Assembly (NCBI GenBank): GCA_001778235.1
Contig: MFGJ01000007.1
Coordinates: 264,331 to 328,330, forward strand
Length of the DNA stretch: 64,000 nt
Direction: 5' to 3'
Origin: Candidatus Falkowbacteria bacterium RIFOXYC2_FULL_36_12
GTDB lineage: Bacteria > Patescibacteriota > Patescibacteriia > UBA11705
Each line of letters starts with the position of its first letter. The first letter of the stretch is position 1. The notes under the pieces were generated by a model. The model saw only the letters and a list, made by a program, of their open reading frames with translations, had not been told where the DNA came from and ran no database searches. The translations under genes were made by a program, and so were the position numbers. This document shows positions 19,128-28,526 of this stretch, piece after piece.

Positions 19128-21163
19128 AATTCACCTTCTTGGACATTTATTCCTTGTTCAACTTCACCACAACAGGCCTGCCCCTTATTCATTGGACCAC
19201 AACCTGGGCCAGAACATGGATTAAAACAATTACCACTCATATCTTGAATACCAGACAATATTTTTGGATAAATAATTGGAACATCAAGATTATCTTTTGC
19301 TTCAGGAAAAGCACCATGATTTATTACTGCCACTTTATCATTGGACAGACAAAAGATACTACCATCGGCAGAAACTTGCTTTGGGCAATATAAACTACCC
19401 ATAAACCAACTATTCCAATCATCAGAAACAATAATTAAATTATCATTGGTAACTGTTGATGGATCCAATGATTTTGAAAAGGTGGCGCTGACCAATGAAT
19501 TTGGTTCAACTCCGCTAGATTTATCAGCTCCATTTTCTGGAGTAACGCTAACAATGGTTGGAGCGACTAAATCAAAAGTATTGGAAGTTGCAAAATTCCA
19601 AGAAAAATTGTCATTATCTCCACTAGTTGATCCATTTGCTTTGCCTAATCGGCCATCTGTATCCAGAGCATTTAAAGCTGCGTCAACAATACCTCCGGCT
19701 GGATACAGCGCAACGGTTGGACCATTGCCAAGGAGATTTGATACTGGAACAGATTTTACCAGGCCTGAAATGGTGGCGTTTGCAGGAAAACAGGTAACTA
19801 CCTCGCCACAAGAGTTGTGCAAAGGAGCCTCATCACCACATGAACCTGAAGGCCTATAAACCAAAGAACGATACTGATTGATTCCAGCAGTAATATTACC
19901 ATTTAGAATCTCGCTTGAAGCTTGATCTAGAATTAAAAATTCTGCACCTGTTGAAGTAGCATCAAGAACTAAACTAACAGGTGGAATAACTGCTTCGCTG
20001 AAATCAACTCTAACTCGGGTATTTCTAGGAAAACCAGCGCCACCAGCATTACTGATTGCAATTGGCTGACCAGAGGCATCCAAATCAACAGGATAAACAG
20101 TAGTAATAAAAGGAGGTGTAACATCAATATTGGTAGTTGTAGTAAATTTCCAACGATAAACAGAGTCAGTCCTACCACTGAAAATACTGGTGTTACCATT
20201 AAAACTTTTGACATTTCCCGTAACCAAAGCAAAATATGAAACATCAGAGAATGGTGAACCTAGATGCGAATCAGCACTATTACCATATGGATTAAAGACT
20301 AATGTTTTGAAATCAGGTGTAAGACTAACAATACCATCGCTAATAAACAAAGAATCGTTTGGCTCATTACCTGTCCAATTGTTACAAATATTAGGCTGGC
20401 TACGATTGGCGTCACTATAATCTGCCGGAGCGCTTGAACCAGCTGGATAAAGGGTATCGCAGGCGCGATAAATCCCAAGAGATGAAATATCTAAATCACC
20501 CTGACAAACACAATTTTGTCCTGGCGCGATGGATGAACAAGCAGCTTGGGTTTCAATATCAATACAACTCATGGAATCATTAGCGATAATACTCTCTGGA
20601 TCAATTGGTTGTTTGAAAGTTACCATGATAACAGTATTGCGAGGTACACTAGCGTTATTGGCAGGATAATGATCTTGGATAACACCACCCAATCCCCCGC
20701 TACCTAGACCCGGTGGATTATAGCCATTTGCACCATAAGATCCGGGTGTACCAGTAGCTTGAGCAAGAGCATTAATAATAAATGAAACAATCGCAAAAGC
20801 TGATGCAATAATCGCAAGACCAATAAAAGCATTGATCAAAATCTGTTTTGCTTTACTAACTTTGGTTGGGTCACCGCCAGAAGTCATGTAAAGAAATCCT
20901 GCATATAAAACCAAAACCAAAGCAATGGTTCCAAGTAAACCCAAGAAAACACGAATAACTCTGGCAACAATAATTCTTGGGTCTACATTGCCCAAACCTG
21001 TTGCCTCACCAACAGCATCGGTGCCTTCAACAATACCAGCTTGACCGGCATGAACAGGAGAAATCAGCAAAAAAAATCCAGCCAGAGCAGAAGCAATGAC
21101 AAGCATTAAAATAACTGTTGTTCCTTTTTTCTTATAATGAGAAAAACTTAAAGATGTTATCAT
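19115..21163 (-). CDS. 682-aa Cys-rich surface protein, paralogous pilin-like N-terminal anchor
   Basis: The N-terminus ARVIRVFLGLLGTIALVLVLYAGFLYMTSGGDPTKVSKAKQILINAFIGLAIIASAFAIVSFIINAL is nearly identical in pattern to the giant protein. The C-terminus is Cys-rich. The gene overlaps the downstream giant gene by 13 nt, which suggests an operon. Confidence 0.75.
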   Translation of the reverse strand: MITSLSFSHYKKKGTTVILMLVIASALAGFFLLISPVHAGQAGIVEGTDAVGEATGLGNVDPRIIVARVIRVFLGLLGTIALVLVLYAGFLYMTSGGDPTKVSKAKQILINAFIGLAIIASAFAIVSFIINALAQATGTPGSYGANGYNPPGLGSGGLGGVIQDHYPANNASVPRNTVIMVTFKQPIDPESIIANDSMSCIDIETQAACSSIAPGQNCVCQGDLDISSLGIYRACDTLYPAGSSAPADYSDANRSQPNICNNWTGNEPNDSLFISDGIVSLTPDFKTLVFNPYGNSADSHLGSPFSDVSYFALVTGNVKSFNGNTSIFSGRTDSVYRWKFTTTTNIDVTPPFITTVYPVDLDASGQPIAISNAGGAGFPRNTRVRVDFSEAVIPPVSLVLDATSTGAEFLILDQASSEILNGNITAGINQYRSLVYRPSGSCGDEAPLHNSCGEVVTCFPANATISGLVKSVPVSNLLGNGPTVALYPAGGIVDAALNALDTDGRLGKANGSTSGDNDNFSWNFATSNTFDLVAPTIVSVTPENGADKSSGVEPNSLVSATFSKSLDPSTVTNDNLIIVSDDWNSWFMGSLYCPKQVSADGSIFCLSNDKVAVINHGAFPEAKDNLDVPIIYPKILSGIQDMSGNCFNPCSGPGCGPMNKGQACCGEVEQGINVQEGEFCPY

Positions 21164-21189
21164 CTCTTTGGCTGTTTATATCTAAAATA

Positions 21190-21636
21190 TTATTGACCTA
21201 AAAATTCTTTTACCAATCTACTAACTGTTTGCCCATCAGAGCTTCCTTTCAGGGCTTGCATCACGGCTCTCATGACAAGACCAAAATTTTGTTTTTTGTC
21301 ATTGTCCAAAGTTTCAACCGTACTAGCAATAATGGTTTTTATTTCTTGCTCTGACATCTGGGCAGGGAGGTAAATCTGCAAAAAATTAATTTCTCGCTGT
21401 TCTTTGTCAGCCAATTCTTGGCGGCCACCAGAAACATAGGCCTCAATTGATTCCCGTCTTTTCTTTACTTCAGATTTAATCAACTGAATGACCTGATCCT
21501 GGCTGATGTCAGCACCAAGCTCAATACTTTTATTTTTTATAGCTGATTTCAAAAGACGGAGCAGACTCAATTGCTCTGTATTTTTTTCTTTTAATGATTT
21601 TATAAAGTCTTGTTCAATTTGTTTTAGTAGGCTCAT
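21190..21636 (-). CDS. GatB/YqeY domain protein
   Basis: 148 aa with a YqeY-like helical domain (LKSAIKNK...QVIQLIKSEVKKRRESIEAY). Confidence 0.65.
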   Translation of the reverse strand: MSLLKQIEQDFIKSLKEKNTEQLSLLRLLKSAIKNKSIELGADISQDQVIQLIKSEVKKRRESIEAYVSGGRQELADKEQREINFLQIYLPAQMSEQEIKTIIASTVETLDNDKKQNFGLVMRAVMQALKGSSDGQTVSRLVKEFLGQ

Positions 21637-21719
21637 ATTAAATCAAATTTATTATAACATTTTTTTTATTATGTTCCAAATAGTTTTACACAATTTCTAG
21701 TTAAAAAAACAACAGACGT

Positions 21720-21962
21720 CTAGTGACGTCTGTTGTGAGTATCTTCTTCTGGTAGTCGACCAACTTTTTTCAAATATTCTCGTCGGTCACGGACTTCCAT
21801 TTTGCGCAAAGCAGATGTTTTCTGCAAATTCTTTGTGGTTTTTTTCTTGAAATACTGAACCTTTTTGAACTGCAAGATTTTTCCGCTCTGGATTAAACGC
21901 TTGTTGAAACGTCGAAGAAACGATTCAAATGTTTCACCTTTTTTGCGTTTAACTTCTAGCAT
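21720..21962 (-). CDS. rpsU: 30S ribosomal protein S21
   Basis: The very basic 80-aa protein MLEVKRKKGETFESFLRRFNKRL is an S21 signature. Confidence 0.85.
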   Translation of the reverse strand: MLEVKRKKGETFESFLRRFNKRLIQSGKILQFKKVQYFKKKTTKNLQKTSALRKMEVRDRREYLKKVGRLPEEDTHNRRH

Positions 21963-22085
21963 ACTTTTCCACCTTCCTTCTAATTTATAGATAAATAAAA
22001 GATAAAAAGGAATAACTCCCTATTATCACTAATAAATGATATACTAAATAATTATTTTTGTCAATATAAAGAAAAAATTCGTGCT

Positions 22086-23492
22086 TTACCTATTTTTTAA
22101 CTGTTTTTCAGCTAATCTTTTTTTAACCTCCTCAATTATTTTTTTCTGACTGACTACTTCCTGGATGCCACTTTCAACATCTCTCATCAAAATTGTGCCG
22201 TCAACAACTTCTCTCTGACCTAAAATCAAAATAATTTTTGCACCTTTTTTAGTGGCAGTATCAAGCTGACTCTTCAGATTGTCTTTGGAGAAGTTAGCAA
22301 CAACACGGAGATCTTCACGCCTAAGTTCATCAAGAAAACTCATGGCTTTCCTCTTGGCCTGTTCACTGATTTGAGCCAAATAAACATGTGGCGCTCTAAC
22401 TGGAGCGAGTTCTACTTTTCGTCTTTTAATTTCTGAAATTAATTTTTCAACAAACAATTTGATCCCTGCAACGGGCACTTCAGGACCACTAAGCATTTCA
22501 CAAAGATAATTCATTCGGCCACCTTCAGCCAAAACAAAATCTCCCTCTTCGGCAGTTGCCTCTTTGTTATCTTTTTCTACCTCTACCTCCACCTCCACAT
22601 CAGCCTCAACCGTTTCCTTTGAGATAGGTAGCTGACTGACAATAGAATATATGGTGCTGTTGTAATAAGCAAAATCACTAATAAAGCGTGAGTCCAAGAC
22701 ATAACTTACCCCCACTTCATCCAATGACTCAAGGAATTTGAATAAATGATTGTGACAATTTTCACAAAGATAATCAACCACTTGCGGAGCATCTTCGTAA
22801 ACTTTCTGGCATTTTTGACTAGCGCATTGAAGAAATTTTATTGGATCACGGCCAGCATTTGACCGACAATCAGTACAGACAGCTGATCTTTTACTTTTTA
22901 TAAAACCGGTAAGCGCTTTTAAATATTCATTGCGACAGACTGGACAACCCAAACTATTTACCCGGACAATGGGGTTTAAATTAATTTGAACAAAATATTG
23001 ATAAAGCATGACCACAAGTTCAGCATCAACTCCATGTGAGGGAGCATTGTAGACATTGAACCCAACCTGCTGTAATTCTCGTGTTTTACTATTATAATAT
23101 TTTCCCTGCGAAAAAATTTTACTACTGAACCAAAATTTTAATGGCCCAGGTTGATTAAAAAGACTGTGTTCTATAAATGATCTAGCTACTCCAGGAGTCA
23201 TGTCAGGACGCAAAGCTAACTTTTCATTTTTATCTTGAAAGACTAGCATATCTCGAGAAATTAATTCTGTTTTTCGGCCAATTGTATGGGAGAACAACTC
23301 TGGTTTTTCAAACAAAGGAGTTTCAATCCAAGAATAATTAAAATCAATTGCTAGCTGATATAAATCATCAAGAATCTTAAGCCAGTATTTATTGTCACTT
23401 GGCAAAATGTCTTTCAAGCCTTTTATTATCTGTGGAGTTTTTATTTTTCTTATTTGTTCTGACGGTTGATCTATTTTTTTGCGTCTTGGCAT
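22086..23492 (-). CDS. hisS: histidyl-tRNA synthetase (class IIa) with a Cys-rich insertion
   Basis: The N-terminus TPLFEKPELF...LALRPDMTPGVARS matches the HisRS LRPEGT block. The C-terminus has a class IIa anticodon-binding domain (KIILILGQREVVDGTILMRDVESG). The insertion carries CPVC..CTDC..CASQKC..CENCHNH. Confidence 0.65.
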   Translation of the reverse strand: MPRRKKIDQPSEQIRKIKTPQIIKGLKDILPSDNKYWLKILDDLYQLAIDFNYSWIETPLFEKPELFSHTIGRKTELISRDMLVFQDKNEKLALRPDMTPGVARSFIEHSLFNQPGPLKFWFSSKIFSQGKYYNSKTRELQQVGFNVYNAPSHGVDAELVVMLYQYFVQINLNPIVRVNSLGCPVCRNEYLKALTGFIKSKRSAVCTDCRSNAGRDPIKFLQCASQKCQKVYEDAPQVVDYLCENCHNHLFKFLESLDEVGVSYVLDSRFISDFAYYNSTIYSIVSQLPISKETVEADVEVEVEVEKDNKEATAEEGDFVLAEGGRMNYLCEMLSGPEVPVAGIKLFVEKLISEIKRRKVELAPVRAPHVYLAQISEQAKRKAMSFLDELRREDLRVVANFSKDNLKSQLDTATKKGAKIILILGQREVVDGTILMRDVESGIQEVVSQKKIIEEVKKRLAEKQLKNR

Positions 23493-23577
23493 AATATTTA
23501 TTGGTTTAGATTATACGCTGATAGAAAAATTGTTCTCTGATAGCGTAAAGTATAATATGTAAATATATTTTTATTTA

Positions 23578-24210
23578 TTATTTATTTTCAGAAAATTGCT
23601 CATAGCTTATTGGACTAAAAATCTTTACCCGAGTCAACGGCCAACCACGAAGCCAAACCTTGCCAACAATATTGCCTCGGCCAACAGGTCCGAACACCCT
23701 TGAATCCAAACTGTGTTCCCGATTGTCGCCTAAAACATAATACTCATCAGCTTCAAGATTCCAAACTTTATCACCTAATGTTCTGGTAGAATTATCAAGA
23801 TAATCCATTTCATCCAATAAATATTTTTTTTCTCCTTCATCAGTGTATACAAAGACAAAACCATCCCTAACTTCAACTTTTTCTCCAGGTAAGGCAATAA
23901 CACGCTTTATAAAAAATTGGGACGGATCCTTTGGGTAGCGAAAAACAATAATATCACCTCTTTCAGGCTGACTAATACGATAAGACAACTCATCAATAAT
24001 CAAATATTCATCATCATAAAAACTTGGTTCCATTGACGCACCTTTTACATAAAATGGTTGAATTAAGAAGTATCGAACAGGAATAATAATAGCAAGAGCA
24101 ATGCAAACCACCTTGACTAGGTCCCAAAAAAAGTATGCTACCTTTTTCCCTGGGCTAATATCTTCATCATAATCCTGGAATTTATATTTATCGGGGTTTT
24201 TGCTTAACAT
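23578..24210 (-). CDS. lepB: signal peptidase I
   Basis: GASMEPS (Ser box), IKRVIALPGE (Lys box) and GDNREHSLDSR. Confidence 0.85.
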   Translation of the reverse strand: MLSKNPDKYKFQDYDEDISPGKKVAYFFWDLVKVVCIALAIIIPVRYFLIQPFYVKGASMEPSFYDDEYLIIDELSYRISQPERGDIIVFRYPKDPSQFFIKRVIALPGEKVEVRDGFVFVYTDEGEKKYLLDEMDYLDNSTRTLGDKVWNLEADEYYVLGDNREHSLDSRVFGPVGRGNIVGKVWLRGWPLTRVKIFSPISYEQFSENK

Positions 24211-24391
24211 TATGATAAAATTATTAATAAAATAGGTCTAAACATGGCTATTATAACATATATCCAAGCTCAATGCAAACCCTAAGATTTTAGCTTAATT
24301 TACATTCTTGCAGTAAGGTTAATAGTGTAGTATAATAAACATGCTATTTACTAAATATTGAAATATTTAGTAAAAATTTTTATTTTCTATC

Positions 24392-25825
24392 GTGGCTGGT
24401 ATTATGAATCAAAATTTGCCAAACAACCGAAATATAAATCTGCTAGAAAACAGCATCAGACAACCAAAGGGTAAGAGTATTTTCAAAGTCAGCAAATTTG
24501 TTATTTATTTTTTTGTTTCTTTAATTATTGCTTTCTTCTTTTTTTCATATCAAGTTTTATTTACAGATACGAGCCTAAGTGAATCACTTGGAGGAAAAGT
24601 CAATATTTTCCACCAACTAACTACCATGGCCAAAGGTGGATCGGAATTAAAAGCTGACAATGGACGAGTGAATGTTCTGCTTCTAGGTGTTGGCGGTGAA
24701 GGACACGATGGCCCGAACCTGACTGACACAATCATTGTCGCCAGCATTGAACTTGAAACAAACAAAATTGCCATGATATCAATCCCTCGAGACTTGGTGG
24801 TGGAGATAGAAGACAAAGGATTTTGGAAAATAAATAATGCGAACCATTTTGGAGAACAAAAAAATCCCGGGCATGGAGGAGAATTAGTAAAAAATGTTGT
24901 CAGTCAAGTAATAGGCGTACCAATTCATTACTATATCCGAGTTGATTTTTCAGGATTTGAAAAATTGATTGATGATTTGGGTGGAGTAAAAGTTGAAGTT
25001 GATAACAGTTTTATTGACTATCAATTTCCAGCTGCGAACTATAAATATCAAGTTGTGTCTTTTGATAAGGGTTGGCAAACAATGGATGGTGAAACAGCAC
25101 TGCAATTTGTCAGGAGTCGACACGGAAATAATGGCGAGGGTTCTGATTTTTCCAGAAGCAAGCGTCAACAAAAAGTTATTACAGCGGTCAAGGAACGAGC
25201 ACTATCATACAGAACATTGTTCAGTCCTGGAAAATTGTCAAAACTACTCAAAGCCTTTGGGAAACATGTAAGCACGGACATGGAGATAAATGAAATACTT
25301 GAACTTTATAAACTATCAAAATTAATTGATCTTAACCAAACCAAAAATATTGTACTCGATGATAGTCCTGGAGGATATTTAGTGGCAGGAAAAATGAATG
25401 AAGCATATGTCTTGCAACCGCGAAGCGGAAATTTTGGAGAAATACAATTCTTGGCACAAAATGTATTTGCTGGGAACCCAGTACTTGAAGCCAAAAGCGA
25501 CATAACTTCCACTGTTCTAGAAATCCAAAACGGAACACCAACAAATGGTCTAGCTTTCAACTCATCACAAAAATTGAAACAACTCGGCTTCAAAGTAGTT
25601 AAGATTGGCAATGCACCAACCCAAGATTATACCAAGACGGTCATGTACAAATTAACAGATAAGACCATTGACCAGGAAGTGATAGAAACACTTGAAACAA
25701 AACTCGGAGCTGAACTGATTGAACAAATACCCGCTTGGGTCCGTGAAGATGCAGAAATAACCACTGACTTTTATATTATCCTTGGTGAACAAAATACGGG
25801 AATTAATCAAGATACTGCTGAATAA
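24392..25825 (+). CDS. LytR-CpsA-Psr (LCP) family cell-envelope phosphotransferase
   Basis: An N-terminal TM segment, then VNVLLLGVGGEG...DTIIVASI...ISIPRD, the LCP core, plus a C-terminal LytR_C-like domain. Confidence 0.8.
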   Translation: MAGIMNQNLPNNRNINLLENSIRQPKGKSIFKVSKFVIYFFVSLIIAFFFFSYQVLFTDTSLSESLGGKVNIFHQLTTMAKGGSELKADNGRVNVLLLGVGGEGHDGPNLTDTIIVASIELETNKIAMISIPRDLVVEIEDKGFWKINNANHFGEQKNPGHGGELVKNVVSQVIGVPIHYYIRVDFSGFEKLIDDLGGVKVEVDNSFIDYQFPAANYKYQVVSFDKGWQTMDGETALQFVRSRHGNNGEGSDFSRSKRQQKVITAVKERALSYRTLFSPGKLSKLLKAFGKHVSTDMEINEILELYKLSKLIDLNQTKNIVLDDSPGGYLVAGKMNEAYVLQPRSGNFGEIQFLAQNVFAGNPVLEAKSDITSTVLEIQNGTPTNGLAFNSSQKLKQLGFKVVKIGNAPTQDYTKTVMYKLTDKTIDQEVIETLETKLGAELIEQIPAWVREDAEITTDFYIILGEQNTGINQDTAE

Positions 25826-25849
25826 TCCAGTAAGTTAATAAATAATAAT

Positions 25850-27229
25850 GTGACTGATTTCAAACAACTAAAATATTTACCGAAAGTTGCCCTAATAGGT
25901 AGAACTAATGTTGGTAAATCAACGATTTTCAATAAATTTACAGAGACCAGCAGAGCCATTATCTCTGATATCCCAGGAACAACCAGAGATTTAAATTATG
26001 GACTTTGTGAATGGGACAACAAGGCTTTTGTTTTAATTGATACTGCTGGCCTTGATGTTTCTACCGAGAAAAAAATTGATCAAGAATCAATAAGATTTGT
26101 TGAAAAAGCTGCGCATGAAGCTGATGTGCTTCTTTTGGTTGTTGATGCCAAAAGTGGGCTATTACCTCAAGACAAAGAATATGCTAAACAAATAAAAAAA
26201 TATAACAAGCCTATTGTATTGGTAATAAATAAAGCTGACGGACATAAAGATCTTTCGGAAACGGCTGAATTTGAAAAACTTGGGATTGAACAAAATGAAA
26301 AAATTTCAGCTGCCAGTGGAGCAGGTACTGGCGACTTGCTGGATAAGGTTATAAAACTGATTCCGATGAAAAGCGTACAAGCTGTTGGTAAAAACATTAT
26401 TAATGTCGCCATAGTGGGGAAACCAAATGTTGGGAAATCTTCTCTCATCAACAAGATTGCTGGTGAAGAGAGATCGATTGTCAGCGAAGTCGCTCATACC
26501 ACCAGAGACACAAAAGACTTTGCGATTGAGGTTGAATTCGGAGACAAAAAAGCAACCTTGAATTTCGTTGATACTGCTGGTATTAGAAAAAAAAGAAAAA
26601 TCGACGATGAAATAGAAAAGGAAAGTGTGAAACAAAGCATAAATGCAATTTATCGCGCTGATATTGTTTTATTAGTCATTGATGCAAGCAAGGAAATCAC
26701 TGCCCAGGATAAAAGCATTACAAAAGAAATTCTTGATACCAATAAAAGTCTGATCTTTGTTGTAAACAAATGGGATCTTGTCGAAGATAAAGATGAGCAC
26801 GCTGATAAAAAATATCTTGATTTCTTACATAAATCATTTCCCTATCTTACTTGGGCACCAGTAGTATTTCTTTCAGCCAAAACTGGATTCAAAGTTCAAA
26901 GATTAATAAATGTTGTTTTGGAAGTGTTTGAAAAACAATGTTTAGAAATTTCTGATAAGAGTCTGGACAATCTGCTGTCATACCTGATAAAAAAACAAAC
27001 TCCAAGAAAAACAAAGGGCACAAAGCGACCATATATTTATGCGATGAAACAAGTGAGAGTAAATCCGCAGGCCTTTGAGATCGAAGTTGATCAACCGAAA
27101 AATATTCATTTTTCCTATATTAGATTTATAAAAAATAAACTTCGAGACAAATACGATCTAATCGGAGTGGGAATAAAACTGTATACGATTTTGTACAAAC
27201 CTGAAAAGAAAAAAGATTATAAAAAATAA
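25850..27229 (+). CDS. der: GTPase Der (EngA)
   Basis: Two G-domains (GRTNVGKST, GKPNVGKSS, DTAG x2, NKxD x2) plus a C-terminal KH-like domain. Confidence 0.9.
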   Translation: MTDFKQLKYLPKVALIGRTNVGKSTIFNKFTETSRAIISDIPGTTRDLNYGLCEWDNKAFVLIDTAGLDVSTEKKIDQESIRFVEKAAHEADVLLLVVDAKSGLLPQDKEYAKQIKKYNKPIVLVINKADGHKDLSETAEFEKLGIEQNEKISAASGAGTGDLLDKVIKLIPMKSVQAVGKNIINVAIVGKPNVGKSSLINKIAGEERSIVSEVAHTTRDTKDFAIEVEFGDKKATLNFVDTAGIRKKRKIDDEIEKESVKQSINAIYRADIVLLVIDASKEITAQDKSITKEILDTNKSLIFVVNKWDLVEDKDEHADKKYLDFLHKSFPYLTWAPVVFLSAKTGFKVQRLINVVLEVFEKQCLEISDKSLDNLLSYLIKKQTPRKTKGTKRPYIYAMKQVRVNPQAFEIEVDQPKNIHFSYIRFIKNKLRDKYDLIGVGIKLYTILYKPEKKKDYKK

Positions 27230-27230
27230 T

Positions 27231-27600
27231 TTGAATTTTGAAGAATTATACCCTGAACCAAGTTCAGGGTGACAAGTTGGGAGATCCTGAAATCCATCTT
27301 CGTTAAAACTTCCGACTACGCTCTTTTGGGAGCTTCGACGGACAAGTCGATGGACAAGCAAGTTCAGGATGACGAGTGTAGGGTTCGGGGTGACGAGTGT
27401 AGGGTTCAGGGTGACGAGTGTAGGGTTCAGGATGACGAGTGAGGGGCGTAGAATCATACCCTGAAATCCATCTTCGTTAAAACTTCGATGGACAAGCAAG
27501 TTCAGGGTGACAAGTTGGGAGATCCTGAATTGACATTAGAGGAAGGAATGGAAAAATTAATTTGAATTTTGAAGAATTATACCCTGAAACTACGCACTAT
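27231..27600. repeat. composite non-coding repeat island (accctgaa/ttcagggtgaca family)
   Basis: 30-bp direct repeats aatttgaattttgaagaattataccctgaa at 27231 and 27559. About 55-bp segments are repeated at 27263 and 27469. A central about 21-bp tandem (gggtgacgagtgtagggttca) occurs about 4 times. Confidence 0.8.
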
Positions 27601-27616
27601 AAACAAGTTTAAGTGA

Positions 27617-28201
27617 ATGGCGAGTAAGTTCACTGCGGGCGGAGTTCAGAGTGAAAATAATATTTATATGAAATTATATATTGGACTGGGAAATCCAGGA
27701 GAAAAATATCGAAATACTCGTCATAACATTGGATTTATGATGTTGGATTATATTTTTGATAAATTGACTGAAGCAAAGTTTAGTAATTGGTCAAAAAATA
27801 AAAAATTTCAAGCCGAGATCTCTGAAGGGAACTTGCATGGAGAAAAAATTATCTTAGCAAAGCCTTACACTTTTATGAATGAATCTGGAATTTCGGCTCA
27901 AGCTTTGATGCATTTTTACAAGATAGCTCCGCTTGACTTAACGGTATTACATGATGATCTTGATATTGAATTTGGGTTGTTCAAGCTCCAAACTGATAGA
28001 TCAAGCGCTGGACACAATGGAATAAAATCAATTATTGAGAAAATTAACACACAACAATTCAATAGAGTACGACTTGGGATTGCCAAAAAAGGCAAGAATA
28101 AACAAGCTGATGCGGCAAAATATGTGTTAAAAAAATTTAACTTTCTAGAAAAGATAAAGTTAAACTCAATTTTTGAACAGGTTTATAAGTCAATGTTTTA
28201 A
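27617..28201 (+). CDS. pth: peptidyl-tRNA hydrolase
   Basis: LYIGLGNPGEKYRNTRHNIGF. The likely true start is the Met at 27668 (MKLYIGLGNPG). Confidence 0.85.
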   Translation: MASKFTAGGVQSENNIYMKLYIGLGNPGEKYRNTRHNIGFMMLDYIFDKLTEAKFSNWSKNKKFQAEISEGNLHGEKIILAKPYTFMNESGISAQALMHFYKIAPLDLTVLHDDLDIEFGLFKLQTDRSSAGHNGIKSIIEKINTQQFNRVRLGIAKKGKNKQADAAKYVLKKFNFLEKIKLNSIFEQVYKSMF

Positions 28202-28227
28202 ATTAGTAAATATTATTCCTATAAAAA

Positions 28228-28250
28228 GACTGCCTAATTGGCAGTTTTGT
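28228..28250 (+). terminator. intrinsic terminator after pth
   Basis: gactgcc-taat-tggcagt followed by tttt. Confidence 0.6.
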
Positions 28251-28526
28251 TGTACTATTATTTATGTTTTGAAATAAAATAATGCTGTCCAAATTTATGC
28301 TCATGAGTGTAAAATTAGCTGGACGAGCCAGTTAATCTTAACTTGATGGGTATGAGGCAAGCACAGGAGGGGTTTGCTCGCATCTGCCCGACTCATAAGC
28401 ACAAATCTAAACAACACTACTAAACTACTTTAACAAAGAACGGATAAATGTCAAGGGATAAAGAGAATAAAAAATTTATTCAGGAGAATTTTACCTAAGA
28501 TTTGCTTATTTTAAAAATTTTAATCA

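Noticed and set aside
27350-27450. Possible CRISPR array, from the regularly spaced about 21-bp repeats gggtgacgagtgtagggttca.
   Set aside because: The units are directly adjacent or overlapping with no unique spacers. No cas genes are present. This is a tandem minisatellite inside a larger repeat island.
27158-27499. Track ORF 27158..27499(-), 113 aa.
   Set aside because: It overlaps the der 3' end antisense and runs through the tandem repeats (the LVILNPTLVTLNPTLV periodic translation).
28290-28400. Possible small structured RNA between pth and dprA (gctcatgagt...actcataagc long-range pairing around a GC-richer core).
   Set aside because: There is a single imperfect stem, no promoter or terminator, and no conserved motif recognised. 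Support is too weak to call.
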